Assembly (NCBI GenBank): GCA_965247955.1
Contig: OZ252042.1
Span: forward strand, 1,584,323 to 1,648,322
DNA from: Vicinamibacterales bacterium
Lineage (GTDB): Bacteria; Acidobacteriota; Vicinamibacteria; Vicinamibacterales; UBA8438
Reading direction: 5' to 3'
Length of the DNA: 64,000 bases
A model generated the notes under the pieces. That model made no database searches. It was given only the letters and a program-made list of their open reading frames with translations, and had not been told where the DNA came from. The position numbers were made by a program, and so were the translations under genes. Positions 47,842-58,772 of this stretch are shown in pieces. Position 1 is the first letter of the stretch. Every line of letters starts with the position of its first letter.

Positions 47842-49497
47842 ATGACGAGATGTGTTTTTGGCGTTTTGGTTGTTACCTTGATGGTTGCATGTGGTGGGAT
47901 GCCGAGGGAGGAGGCTGCGCCAGACAGGGGTGCTACCGAAGCAAGGGCAGTCGACATCAGCGCCGAAACGCTGCTGGCGGAGATCGAGATGCTGGCTTCA
48001 GACGAATTCGAGGGTCGTATGCCAGGCTCGCTCGGTGAAGAGAAGACGCTCGCTTACCTGACAGAACAATTCTCGGCTTTAGGGCTTGTGCCAGGCAACC
48101 CGGATGGCACCTGGGTCCAGAACGTACCACTAGTGGGCATAACCCCTCAACCGGGCGACGTTCTCAGTGTTACCAAGGACGGTGACATGCGAACCCTGCA
48201 GCCTGGGGCCGACTATGTCACGGTGACGAAACATGTCGTCGATGAGGTTACCGTTGATGCCGAGTTCGTTTTTGTTGGCTATGGGGCAGTTGCACCGGAG
48301 TACGACTGGGACGACTTCGGTGACGCTGATGTCGATGGGAAGATTCTACTTTTCCTTGTCAATGACCCCCCGCTTGATGATGCCTTTGGCGGTCAGGCAA
48401 TGACCTACTATGGGCGCTGGACCTATAAGCATGAAATCGCTGCCGAAAAGGGCGCGGCCGGCTCACTTGTCATTCACGAAACTGGGCCTGCCGGCTACCC
48501 GTGGGAGGTCGTTGGGAGCGCGCCACATGTGGAATCGTTTAACTTAGTAGCCGCGGACAAAAACCTCAGCCGCGCGACGATCGAGGGCTGGATCCAGCGG
48601 TCCACTGCCGAGACGCTTTTCGAGATGGCCGGTATCGATTTCGAAGAATCTAAACAACGAGCGGCTGACCGTTCGTTCCAACCGATTTCACTCGGTGTGA
48701 CCGGCCGCACCCGCGTGCGGAACACACTGCGCACCATCGATTCACAGAACTTTGTCGCAAAATTCAAAGGGACTAAAGCGCCAGATGAGGTCGTGATATT
48801 TGTTGCGCATTGGGATCACCTTGGCAAGGATGAAACGTTAACGGGGGATCAGATCTTCAACGGAGCTGCTGACAATGCGACTGGGACCGCCGGTTTGATT
48901 GAATTAGCACGTGCTTTTACCAAGGCGGCCGAGCCGCCTCGTCGTTCGGTCGTCTTCCTTGCCGTGACCGCTGAAGAGCAGGGCCTCCTCGGGTCCAAGC
49001 ACTACGGTCTAAACCCGCTCTATCTACCCGCGCAGACAGTCGCGGCGCTCAACATGGATGTACTGAATCAGTGGGGGCGGACGCGCGACATAACCATCGT
49101 GGGTATAGGACAGTCTGAACTGGACCAGTTCGCCTTTGAAGTGGGTGAACAACTAGGGCGAACGTTGAATCCCGATCCCGAATTAGAGAAGGGGTTCTAC
49201 TATCGCTCAGATCATTTCTCGTTCGCCAAAGTGGGGATTCCCGCATTCTACGCCGGCGCAGGTATCGAGTATCTTGACAAGCCGAAGGATTACGGCATCG
49301 CAAAGCGTGTGGAATACACCACCCAGGATTACCACAAGGTGTCTGATGAGGTGAAACCGGACTGGGATTTATCAGGGGCCGTTGAAGATCTGACGTTCAT
49401 GTATCACATGGGGAAGCAGCTGGCGTTCGGCGATAAGTGGCCGGCCTGGAGTGCGAAGAGTGAATTCAGAGCGATCAGAGAAGCTCAAGGACGCTAG
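47842..49497 (+). CDS. M28-family aminopeptidase with PA domain
   Basis: It has a signal peptide, AHWDHLG, NGAADNATG, TAEEQGLLGS and YHKVSD blocks. Confidence 0.85.
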   Translation: MTRCVFGVLVVTLMVACGGMPREEAAPDRGATEARAVDISAETLLAEIEMLASDEFEGRMPGSLGEEKTLAYLTEQFSALGLVPGNPDGTWVQNVPLVGITPQPGDVLSVTKDGDMRTLQPGADYVTVTKHVVDEVTVDAEFVFVGYGAVAPEYDWDDFGDADVDGKILLFLVNDPPLDDAFGGQAMTYYGRWTYKHEIAAEKGAAGSLVIHETGPAGYPWEVVGSAPHVESFNLVAADKNLSRATIEGWIQRSTAETLFEMAGIDFEESKQRAADRSFQPISLGVTGRTRVRNTLRTIDSQNFVAKFKGTKAPDEVVIFVAHWDHLGKDETLTGDQIFNGAADNATGTAGLIELARAFTKAAEPPRRSVVFLAVTAEEQGLLGSKHYGLNPLYLPAQTVAALNMDVLNQWGRTRDITIVGIGQSELDQFAFEVGEQLGRTLNPDPELEKGFYYRSDHFSFAKVGIPAFYAGAGIEYLDKPKDYGIAKRVEYTTQDYHKVSDEVKPDWDLSGAVEDLTFMYHMGKQLAFGDKWPAWSAKSEFRAIREAQGR

Positions 49498-49551
49498 CGA
49501 GGAACCGACTCATCGTGTGCACGAGGACGGCTTCGAAAGCTGCTGTATTCT

Positions 49552-49586
49552 CCCAGAGCCTAGAGTTCAGCGTCCAGAGTTCGAAG
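49552..49586. repeat. copy c of short interspersed repeat
   Basis: The sequence is CCCAGAGCCTAGAGTTCAGCGTCCAGAGTTCGAAG. The last about 7 codons and the stop of the M48 gene are encoded by it. Confidence 0.5.
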
Positions 49587-50804
49587 AACAATAATCCTGC
49601 GCAACACCGGCGGATGCGAGTAGCTCAGGAACACATGGAGCGGATGCGGCGTCAGGTGCGCCAGACTATCGGCCGAGAGTTTTTTTAGCGCACTAATTAA
49701 CGGATCGCTGCTGCCGGTCGTCGTTGCTGAAAACTTGTCCGCTTCGAATTCGTTTCGGCGTGAGAAAGCATTGACGAACAGCGATAGCGCCAGTTCAACC
49801 GGTGTGAACAGCAGACCGAAGAACAAAAGACCTGCGTAGATAGACTGCGAGCTCATGTAGAACGCCTCAAACAAACCTGGTTGTTCCAAGAATAGCGACA
49901 TTACAAAGAAGACCACGCCTAGATGGGCGATCTCAAGCACCATCCCCTTCGAGATGTGCCGGTGTTTGTAGTGACCGATCTCGTGTGCCACGACCGCTAC
50001 AACTTCAGGCACGGTATATTTCTGCACGAGCGTGTCGAACAGACCGATCCGTTTGTTCGGACCAAACCCGGTAAAAAAGGCATTCGCCTTTGACGATCGC
50101 CGAGAGCCGTCTACGACGAAGAGTCCCTTGATCGGAAAGTGTGTCGATTTTGCGTACGCCAGAATGGCTTCGTGCAGGTCACCCGTTTCGAGTGGCGTAA
50201 ATTTGTTAAAGAGCGGCATGATCCATGTAGGCGCGACGAAGTGTACGATCAGCAGGAACAACGTGGCTGCCAGCCAACACCAGAGCCAGGCGAGCGGTCC
50301 GGCCCACTGGAAAAAGAGCAGGACAACGGAGAGTAGCACGCCGCCGAGAAGGATCCCGAGCACCAGGCTCTTTAGCAGATCGGCAACAAACGTGGCGGAG
50401 GTAGTTCGGTTAAAGCCATAGCGCTCTTCGATGACGAAGGTCGAGTAAATACCAAACGGTAGACTGAGGACCGTGGAGAACAAACTAAGGCTACCAATAT
50501 AGAGCAAGCCAGTAATCACCGGACCGTAGTTGAGCTCTCGAAAGCTCTGGTCGAGCCATTCGAAGCCTCCAAGTTGCCACCAGCCGAGCATGAGCAACAA
50601 GCTGACCGTGGATCGGAACAGACCGAAATACGTCCGTGTCCTGGTGTAGTCTTGGCTCTTCTCGTACTTCTCCGGATCGAAAACACCATCGAACTCCGAG
50701 GGTAGAGCCGAGCTGAGCGAGCGAAGGTTCAACGCGCTCGACAGCACTGACAGCGTGTACTCGGTTAGCAACGCGACAAGAATAATGACGGCGTACAGAT
50801 TCAT
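49560..50804 (-). CDS. M48-family zinc metalloprotease (Ste24/CAAX-protease-like)
   Basis: 414 aa, multi-TM, with the HEIGHYKHRH HExxH site and a YSHPP C-terminal block. Confidence 0.88.
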   Translation of the reverse strand: MNLYAVIILVALLTEYTLSVLSSALNLRSLSSALPSEFDGVFDPEKYEKSQDYTRTRTYFGLFRSTVSLLLMLGWWQLGGFEWLDQSFRELNYGPVITGLLYIGSLSLFSTVLSLPFGIYSTFVIEERYGFNRTTSATFVADLLKSLVLGILLGGVLLSVVLLFFQWAGPLAWLWCWLAATLFLLIVHFVAPTWIMPLFNKFTPLETGDLHEAILAYAKSTHFPIKGLFVVDGSRRSSKANAFFTGFGPNKRIGLFDTLVQKYTVPEVVAVVAHEIGHYKHRHISKGMVLEIAHLGVVFFVMSLFLEQPGLFEAFYMSSQSIYAGLLFFGLLFTPVELALSLFVNAFSRRNEFEADKFSATTTGSSDPLISALKKLSADSLAHLTPHPLHVFLSYSHPPVLRRIIVLRTLDAEL

Positions 50805-50827
50805 AGGAGGTTTAGAATTTTATAGTA

Positions 50828-50850
50828 CCAGAGTTCAGACTATACCAAGG
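50828..50850. repeat. copy d of short interspersed repeat
   Basis: CCAGAGTTCAGACTATACCAAGG is the copy. A related GAGTTCTGGAACC lies at 50881-50893. Confidence 0.4.
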
Positions 50851-50934
50851 CAGCCATGCCACCAGTAACACTAAAACCCTTGAGTTCTGGAACCGGTCTC
50901 TTGCAGGGGACCAACTAACGCCTACGAGGGACAC

Positions 50935-51543
50935 ATGCCGACAACGAAAACTCCCACGCAAACCATGACCATCGCAGGGCATCCGACGATCACTGAAATG
51001 ACCGACCGACTTTCCTACGTGGCCACGGAGCTCGCATCCGGCTACGATGATCTCGGGTTACTGCCGGTCCGCGTACTGCTCCATAACGTGCGTAGTCTCT
51101 ATAACGTTGGTGCGTTCTTCCGGACGGCTGATGCGGTTGGTGTTGAGACGATATGCCTCGCTGGAATTACTGGCCATCCCCCGCAGAAAAAAATCGCGAA
51201 GACGGCATTGGGCGCCGAGGCGCACGTTTCGTGGGAATCGTGCTCGTCCGAGGGTATTGAAGCATATCTTAACACCCTCCGTCAGCGCAGCTATGAGTTG
51301 GCTGCGGTCGAGACAAGTCCGCATGCCGTCGATCTGTTCGACTGGCGTCCCTGTTTTCCAGTTTGTCTATTGTTCGGCCATGAGGTCAATGGGCTCGACC
51401 GGACCGTGCTCGAACGGTGCGATATTCAGATCCGTCTCCCAATGCGTGGTGTCAAGCACTCGTTGAACGTGGCAACTTCTGGCGGCGTGGTGCTCTACGA
51501 GTTGCTCCGGAAGTATCGGCATCTATACGGCGCCAAGGATTAG
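50935..51543 (+). CDS. SpoU/TrmH-family RNA 2'-O-methyltransferase
   Basis: NVGAFFRTADA, LLFGHEVNGL and HSLNVATSGGVVLYE motifs are present. Confidence 0.85.
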   Translation: MPTTKTPTQTMTIAGHPTITEMTDRLSYVATELASGYDDLGLLPVRVLLHNVRSLYNVGAFFRTADAVGVETICLAGITGHPPQKKIAKTALGAEAHVSWESCSSEGIEAYLNTLRQRSYELAAVETSPHAVDLFDWRPCFPVCLLFGHEVNGLDRTVLERCDIQIRLPMRGVKHSLNVATSGGVVLYELLRKYRHLYGAKD

Positions 51544-51632
51544 AGTCCATAGCCTGACGCCAAACGTCTGGTGTCCAAGCGTCCTGCAGTACAATGAGGT
51601 GTTCTACTCTGCGCGCAGGGACTGCCTGAGAC

Positions 51633-53273
51633 ATGTCCGAGTTCCAGTACCAGCCGATCTTCGAGTTGGAGCCAGACGAGACGTCCTATCGTCAGCTGCC
51701 GAGTGACGGCATTTCTACTATTCGGTCCTATGGTGGGGATTTTCTAAAGATCGAGCCGGAGGTGCTACGCACGGTCGCACGCGAGGCATTCGACGACATG
51801 GCACACCTACTTCGGCCGAGCCATTTGGCTCAGTTACGCAAGATTTTAGATGACCACGAAGCCTCGCCAAACGATAAATTCGTAGCCCTCGAGCTCCTTC
51901 GTAACGCCAATATTTCCGCTGGGCGTGTCTTGCCTGGATGTCAGGATACCGGCACGGCGATCGTGATGGCCCATAAAGGTGAACGTGTCATGACGGCTTC
52001 CGATGACGCAGTGGCGTTGTCGCACGGAATATACGATGCTTATCTTCAGCGGAACCTGCGCTACTCACAGCTGGCGCCGTTAGATATGTACACGGAAACG
52101 AACACCGGCTCTAATCTGCCGGCGCAGATCGAAATCTATTCGGAGCCGGGGGACGTGTACGAATTGCTCTTCATCGCCAAGGGCGGCGGGTCAGCAAATA
52201 AAAGCTTTCTCTACCAGGAGAGCAAGACGCTTCTAAACCCGACATCATTACTCAATTTCGTGGAAGCAAAGTTGAAAACGATTGGGACATCGGCGTGTCC
52301 GCCGTACCACCTGGCGCTGGTCATCGGCGGCACTTCGGCCGAGTTCACGCTCAAAACGGTAAAGCTTGCAAGTGCGAGGTATTTGGACGGTCTCCCTACC
52401 ACGGGGAACACGTATGGCCGCGCATTCCGCGATCTGGACATGGAACGGCAGGTGTTGGAGATCGCCAATGGCATTGGGGTCGGCGCGCAGTTTGGCGGCA
52501 AATATTTCGCGCACGACGCTCGCGTCATCAGGTTGCCACGTCACGGTGCTTCCTGTCCGGTTGGTCTTGGGTTGTCGTGTTCAGCGGACCGGCAGGTGCT
52601 GGCCAAGATCACATACGAAGGCGTGTTCCTCGAGCAGCTCGAGGAACACCCGGCGCAGTACCTACCAGAGGTTACCGACGATGAATTACAGGGTGATGTC
52701 ATCAAGATCAACCTCGATCGACCGGTGAAGGAAATCCTGACCGAGTTGAGCCGGTATCCGGTCGCCACCCGCCTCTCGCTCACGGGTCCGATGGTGGTAG
52801 CTCGTGACCTCGCGCACAGCAAGCTGAAAGAACAGCTCGACCGAGGAGAGGACCTACCAAAGTATTTTAAGGACCACATGATCTACTACGCGGGCCCAGC
52901 CAAGAAACCAGAAGACCGGCCATCGGGGTCCTTCGGCCCGACCACGGCAGGTAGGATGGATTCGTACGTTGAGCTTTTCCAGTCGCGCGGCGGGAGCCTG
53001 GTGATGCTAGCTAAGGGGAACCGTTCGCGACAGGTGACCGAAGCCTGCGGCCGTTACGGTGGGTTCTATCTAGGGTCGATCGGAGGACCGGCTGCGCGAC
53101 TGGCGGACCACAGTATCAAGAAAGTTGAAGTGCTCGAGTACCCGGAGCTCGGAATGGAGGCCATCTGGAAGATTCGAGTCGAAGATTTTCCAGCATTCAT
53201 AGTGATTGACGACAAGGGCAACGATTTTTACGCTCAGCTGATGGAAGCTAAGCCGGCCTCATTGATCCGATGA
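51633..53273 (+). CDS. class I (Fe-S dependent) fumarate hydratase, single-chain
   Basis: 546 aa with [19 protein letters not shown] and GPTTAGRMD blocks of the fused alpha/beta class I fumarase. Confidence 0.9.
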   Translation: MSEFQYQPIFELEPDETSYRQLPSDGISTIRSYGGDFLKIEPEVLRTVAREAFDDMAHLLRPSHLAQLRKILDDHEASPNDKFVALELLRNANISAGRVLPGCQDTGTAIVMAHKGERVMTASDDAVALSHGIYDAYLQRNLRYSQLAPLDMYTETNTGSNLPAQIEIYSEPGDVYELLFIAKGGGSANKSFLYQESKTLLNPTSLLNFVEAKLKTIGTSACPPYHLALVIGGTSAEFTLKTVKLASARYLDGLPTTGNTYGRAFRDLDMERQVLEIANGIGVGAQFGGKYFAHDARVIRLPRHGASCPVGLGLSCSADRQVLAKITYEGVFLEQLEEHPAQYLPEVTDDELQGDVIKINLDRPVKEILTELSRYPVATRLSLTGPMVVARDLAHSKLKEQLDRGEDLPKYFKDHMIYYAGPAKKPEDRPSGSFGPTTAGRMDSYVELFQSRGGSLVMLAKGNRSRQVTEACGRYGGFYLGSIGGPAARLADHSIKKVEVLEYPELGMEAIWKIRVEDFPAFIVIDDKGNDFYAQLMEAKPASLIR

Positions 53274-53314
53274 TTGCCCTAAGTCGATGTTTGTGACGCA
53301 ATGGAGGAGGGGAA

Positions 53315-53938
53315 ATGCGCGTAACGACTATTCTAAGCGTGTTGGTGACGTTCATCGTGACAGCGACTGTCGTGGAAGGACAGACACGACGCTTAAGCCC
53401 CAGGGGGCAGGCGTCGACACAGGTCGGCGGGAGTCTGAACGCCGATGGGAAATACGACGGCGGAAAATGGATCGATATAGAGTACGGTCGACCGATTTTA
53501 CGTGGTCGTGAAAATATCTGGGGCTCCGGAGACGATTACGGACAGAGATTCCTGCAGGGCTCTCAGGTTTGGAGGATCGGTGCAGACGAGTCGACTCGGT
53601 TCACAACGGAAACCGATCTGGTATTGGGTAATAACCAACTCAAGGCTGGTGAGTACACCATCTTCGCCGAGACCACGAGTCCGAGCGAATGGACATTGAT
53701 CTTCACGACCTGGGGTGTCAAGCAGTCTTTCCGGGAAGAGAACGACGCTGCGCTCTGGGGTTCGTACGACTACACGCCAGTCAAGGATGTCCTGCGTGCG
53801 ACGATGGGAGTGCAGCAGATCGGGAGGTCAGCCGACCAGCTCATCATCGCCTTCACCAACATGACGCAACAGGGCGGTGACTTCACGATCTGGTGGGATG
53901 ATCAAGTCGCGACGATTCCATTCACGGTGGCGAATTAG
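53315..53938 (+). CDS. DUF2911-domain secreted protein
   Basis: It has a signal peptide. IEYGRPILRGRE..VWRIGADEST..LKAGEYTIF matches the DUF2911 pattern. Confidence 0.7.
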   Translation: MRVTTILSVLVTFIVTATVVEGQTRRLSPRGQASTQVGGSLNADGKYDGGKWIDIEYGRPILRGRENIWGSGDDYGQRFLQGSQVWRIGADESTRFTTETDLVLGNNQLKAGEYTIFAETTSPSEWTLIFTTWGVKQSFREENDAALWGSYDYTPVKDVLRATMGVQQIGRSADQLIIAFTNMTQQGGDFTIWWDDQVATIPFTVAN

Positions 53939-53944
53939 TGTGCA

Positions 53945-54090
53945 GTGCCAGAAGTTTATTGCCTACGTACAGGACGGGGTATCCCGACTGGTAGCGTTGC
54001 TCCGTAGTTCCAAGTGTCAGGTTTGCTCTCTCGTCGCACCTTGACAGTCGGGTGGCACGTTCTGGGACATAGGTAACAAACTTCTGGCAC
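53945..54090. repeat. 146-nt extended imperfect palindrome (long hairpin / MITE-like)
   Basis: The outer arms GTGCCAGAAGTTT and AAACTTCTGGCAC are perfect over 13 bp and match about 20/23 when extended. The inner arms CCCGACTG (53983-53990) and CAGTCGGG (54045-54052) are perfect over 8 bp. Confidence 0.6.
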
Positions 54091-54100
54091 GAGATCCCAG

Positions 54101-54152
54101 AGGCTGAGGTCGGAATGGAGAGCGCTTACGCACCAGGCGCTGGCCTCAGCTT
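54101..54152 (+). promoter_or_regulatory. second structured hairpin in the MFS leader
   Basis: AGGCTGAGG pairs with CCTCAGCTT (9 bp including one GU). It encloses AGCGC..GCGCT, is followed by TCGTAATT, and ends 28 nt before the MFS ATG. Confidence 0.35.
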
Positions 54153-54173
54153 TCGTAATTGCCAGCAGCCTGA

Positions 54174-55775
<1,602 letters not shown>

Positions 55776-55879
55776 ACGAGACTGGATACTTGATCGCGCA
55801 GTCTTGTCAGGACATAAAACTCAAAGGTTTGGATTCTCGGTGCTCGTAAAATGACATATGACTCGCACGCATAGTCTCA

Positions 55880-56055
55880 CTGGCGAACGGGGTCTCGGGT
55901 GATCTTAAGGTTAACGCCGTCTGTCCCGGCTGGATCCGAACCCGATGGGCGGCAGGGGGCTGATTGGTGGCGTGGAGTATGCGGTAGAGACAATCGTCCT
56001 TTCAACCTACGGTTCGAATGACAGGTTCTTCTGTGATAAGAAACGGAGCGCTTGA
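55880..56055 (+). pseudogene. relic of the C-terminal ~58 codons of a short-chain dehydrogenase/reductase
   Basis: It reads LANGVSGDLKVNAVCPGWIRT, then after a 1-nt frame change in a CCC run reads PMGGRGLIGGVEYAVETIVLSTYGSNDRFFCDKKRSA-stop. No N-terminal part is present. Confidence 0.55.
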
Positions 56056-56085
56056 TAGGCAAACAGGGAAAAGGAGTTCGTTCCT

Positions 56086-57444
56086 ATGAGGTCCCGTTTT
56101 CGGACTGTGGTATTCGTCTGTGCGTTCGCTTTGAGCCTTGGCTGGCTAAGTTCGACATACGCGGAAAACGATCGCCAGGATCGGCACCGTATTCCCGCAG
56201 AGCATATGAGTTTTCGTGGCGCCCAGTGGTTGGAGCGCGATGGGCGAGTGGCCGAGGAACGACCAGAGGCCGTGCTTGACGCGATGGCGCTCGAGCCGGG
56301 TGATGTCGTCGCCGATATAGGCTGCGGGTCGGGCTTCTACGCGCGCCGGATGGCTCGTCGCGTTCAGCCTGGGGGGACTGTCTACTGTGAGGACATCCAG
56401 CCGGAAATGCTTGAGATCATGCAACAGTTAGCCGATGCCGAGGAGGTGAGTAGCATCGAATCCGTGCTTGGCACCTTCACTGATCCCATGCTGCCTGCGG
56501 GTGAGATCGACTGGCTCATCATCGCCGACGTCTATCACGAGATGTCAGACCCAGAGCCGATGCTCGCCAATATCCGTGAATCTCTTTCACCCGAAGGACG
56601 TGTAGCTCTGCTCGAGTATCGTGTTGAGGATGGCACGGGTGATCGGATCAAGGCCGACCACACGATGTCAGTGCGTCAGGTGTTGCGAGAATGGAAGGCA
56701 GCCGGATTCGAGCTCGTTGAGCTCCACAATTTCTTGCCAGGTCAGCATCTCTTTTTTTTCCGCTCGGCTGGAAGTGAATTCGAAGGCGAAGTCCTGCACG
56801 ACCACGATCTCTTTGAGGCGATCGAGAACGGTCTTGTTGAAGCCGAGGCAGTCGGCGCCGGCGAGGATGCCGTCACCGTTCAAATCAGACGAACTGTGGA
56901 TATCCCGATAGTCATTACCTCTCCTGTTGGTGCGTACTTCAGGGGTGGCGGAAACACTCGTGACATGATCGCGCGGCGTGACGGTTGGATCCAGCTAGCC
57001 GACGACGATTGGCACGCTTGGTCGATTCGGACAGTCGGCCGGCAATGGGACCGAGATGCGCCAAAGAGTGATGACGAATTAGAGGTCCTGTTGCCAACAA
57101 CGGCGGCAAAACTCGAAGAACTAATGTATAGAATCCAGGTTGGTACCTACACGGTTGCCGATTCACCCACGCTGTACCCCCCCAGAACGCACGCGGTCGA
57201 GCAGGCGGCTATTTGGGTTGCCGAGTCCAACCTGTCCTACGACGAACTTTCATCCAAGCTTAAGGATCCGCGCATTCCACCACAGTACACAGTAGCGTTC
57301 GCGCTTGTTTTTCTCGATCTCGCGGGGATCGATGTGACCGACCGGCGCCTGTGGAACGATCGCGAGCGAGTGTTCGGTGTACTCCGAGACCAAGGGTTGT
57401 CCGTCTGGTATCAGATTAAGACGACCGAAGCATTCTCACGCTGA
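56086..57444 (+). CDS. class I SAM-dependent methyltransferase domain with N-terminal signal/anchor and ~230-aa C-terminal domain of unknown function
   Basis: It has the VADIGCGSGFYARRMA motif I, an MRSRFRTVVFVCAFALSLGWLSSTYA N-terminus, and a C-terminal half with no family I recognise. Confidence 0.75.
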   Translation: MRSRFRTVVFVCAFALSLGWLSSTYAENDRQDRHRIPAEHMSFRGAQWLERDGRVAEERPEAVLDAMALEPGDVVADIGCGSGFYARRMARRVQPGGTVYCEDIQPEMLEIMQQLADAEEVSSIESVLGTFTDPMLPAGEIDWLIIADVYHEMSDPEPMLANIRESLSPEGRVALLEYRVEDGTGDRIKADHTMSVRQVLREWKAAGFELVELHNFLPGQHLFFFRSAGSEFEGEVLHDHDLFEAIENGLVEAEAVGAGEDAVTVQIRRTVDIPIVITSPVGAYFRGGGNTRDMIARRDGWIQLADDDWHAWSIRTVGRQWDRDAPKSDDELEVLLPTTAAKLEELMYRIQVGTYTVADSPTLYPPRTHAVEQAAIWVAESNLSYDELSSKLKDPRIPPQYTVAFALVFLDLAGIDVTDRRLWNDRERVFGVLRDQGLSVWYQIKTTEAFSR

Positions 57445-57641
57445 GTCTGCGCGTTTGAGCTGGGGATTTCTGGTTACAGATTTTCGGCTAAAACGAGGCA
57501 TCTTATAAAAAGCGTGGTATTCAGTTTGGAATTCGTGGTGACGTTTCAAGCTGCATTCGCAGTTGGCGATGATCGACGATCTCACGATAAATGAAGTCCA
57601 GGCGGACAAGGAGTCGTGGCCATGACTTGGAATTTGGCGTC

Positions 57642-58772
57642 CTACGGGACGGACAGGTTCTTAGCTCGCGTGGTCAAATTCTCTACTCGGTCACGGTCGA
57701 TCTCAACACCGATTCCTGGCACATCCACGGGCACGGCAACGTTGCCATTTTCATCCATGGTCCATTCGGGTGTCACGATGTCGTGGTCCCAATAGCGGGC
57801 GCTCGGACTAACGTCACCTGGCAGGGTGAAGTTTGGGAGCGACGCTAGCGCAACGTTGTATGCTCGGCCGACGCCGCTTTCCAGCATACCGCCGCACCAA
57901 ACCGGGACACCGTTATGGAGGCAGAGGTTGTGGATGGCTTTGGCCTGAGCGAATCCACCAACTCGCCCTGGCTTAATGTTGACGACACGGCCACTTCCGA
58001 GCGCCAACATGTCCTGTGCGCGGTCCACGTTCGTGATTGACTCGTCGAGACAGATCGGCGTCGAAATCAGGTCTTGAAGCTGCGCGTGACGCCGGAGGTC
58101 GTCATGCGCGAGCGGTTGTTCGATCATCATCAGCTTAAATGGATCCAACTCCGCCAGATGATCGGCCTGACTCAGACTGTAGGCGCTGTTGGCGTCAGCC
58201 ATGAGCGGCGCTTTTCCCCCAAGTTCCTCGCGAACGGCGGCGATGTATTCAAGGTCTGCACCCGGCCTGATCTTGATCTTGATCTTACGGTACCCCGCGG
58301 CGAGGGAAGCGCGCGCACTCGCCACGAGCGTTTCGTGGCTGTCCTGGATACCGATCGAAATGCCGGTCGCGATCTGAGTTCGTTCACCTCCGATCAGCCT
58401 GGAGAGGCTCGTTCGATCTCGCGTGGCCCAGAGTCCCCAGATGCCCATTTCAACCGCGGCTTTCGCCATGAAGTGCCCGCGGATGCTGCGGCTGAGGCGC
58501 GCGTCTATCCCAGACGGATCGGCGATTCCGTGGGCGAGTGCCCAGGGCCCGATCCACTCCGTGATGGCCAACCATGCCGTGTCAATCGTTTCGGCCGAGT
58601 AGTTGGGGTGCTCGCCGGCGACGCACTCGCTCCATGCCGTGTGGCCGTCTCTGTCTTCCAGCTCCAGGAGTAAGATGCGTCGAACGGTTGTTAGGCCGGA
58701 CGAGATTTGAAACGGTTCACGAAGTGTGAGCTGGATTTCACGAAGCGTAATACGGGTCACTCGGAGTGACAT
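57642..58772 (-). CDS. enolase-superfamily o-succinylbenzoate synthase / N-acyl-amino-acid racemase family enzyme
   Basis: It has the KxK motif (YRKIKIKIRPG), metal ligands in DANSAY, IEQP and LDES, and a second catalytic Lys in NIKPGRVGG. I placed the start at ATG 58772. Confidence 0.85.
   Translation of the reverse strand: MSLRVTRITLREIQLTLREPFQISSGLTTVRRILLLELEDRDGHTAWSECVAGEHPNYSAETIDTAWLAITEWIGPWALAHGIADPSGIDARLSRSIRGHFMAKAAVEMGIWGLWATRDRTSLSRLIGGERTQIATGISIGIQDSHETLVASARASLAAGYRKIKIKIRPGADLEYIAAVREELGGKAPLMADANSAYSLSQADHLAELDPFKLMMIEQPLAHDDLRRHAQLQDLISTPICLDESITNVDRAQDMLALGSGRVVNIKPGRVGGFAQAKAIHNLCLHNGVPVWCGGMLESGVGRAYNVALASLPNFTLPGDVSPSARYWDHDIVTPEWTMDENGNVAVPVDVPGIGVEIDRDRVENLTTRAKNLSVP

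Noticed and set aside
55956-56020. A tmRNA-like 5' end (GGGGCTGATT) and a tRNA T-loop-like GGTTCGAATG.
   Set aside because: Both fall inside the translated SDR relic. No acceptor stem, anticodon arm or tmRNA tag region can be built around them.
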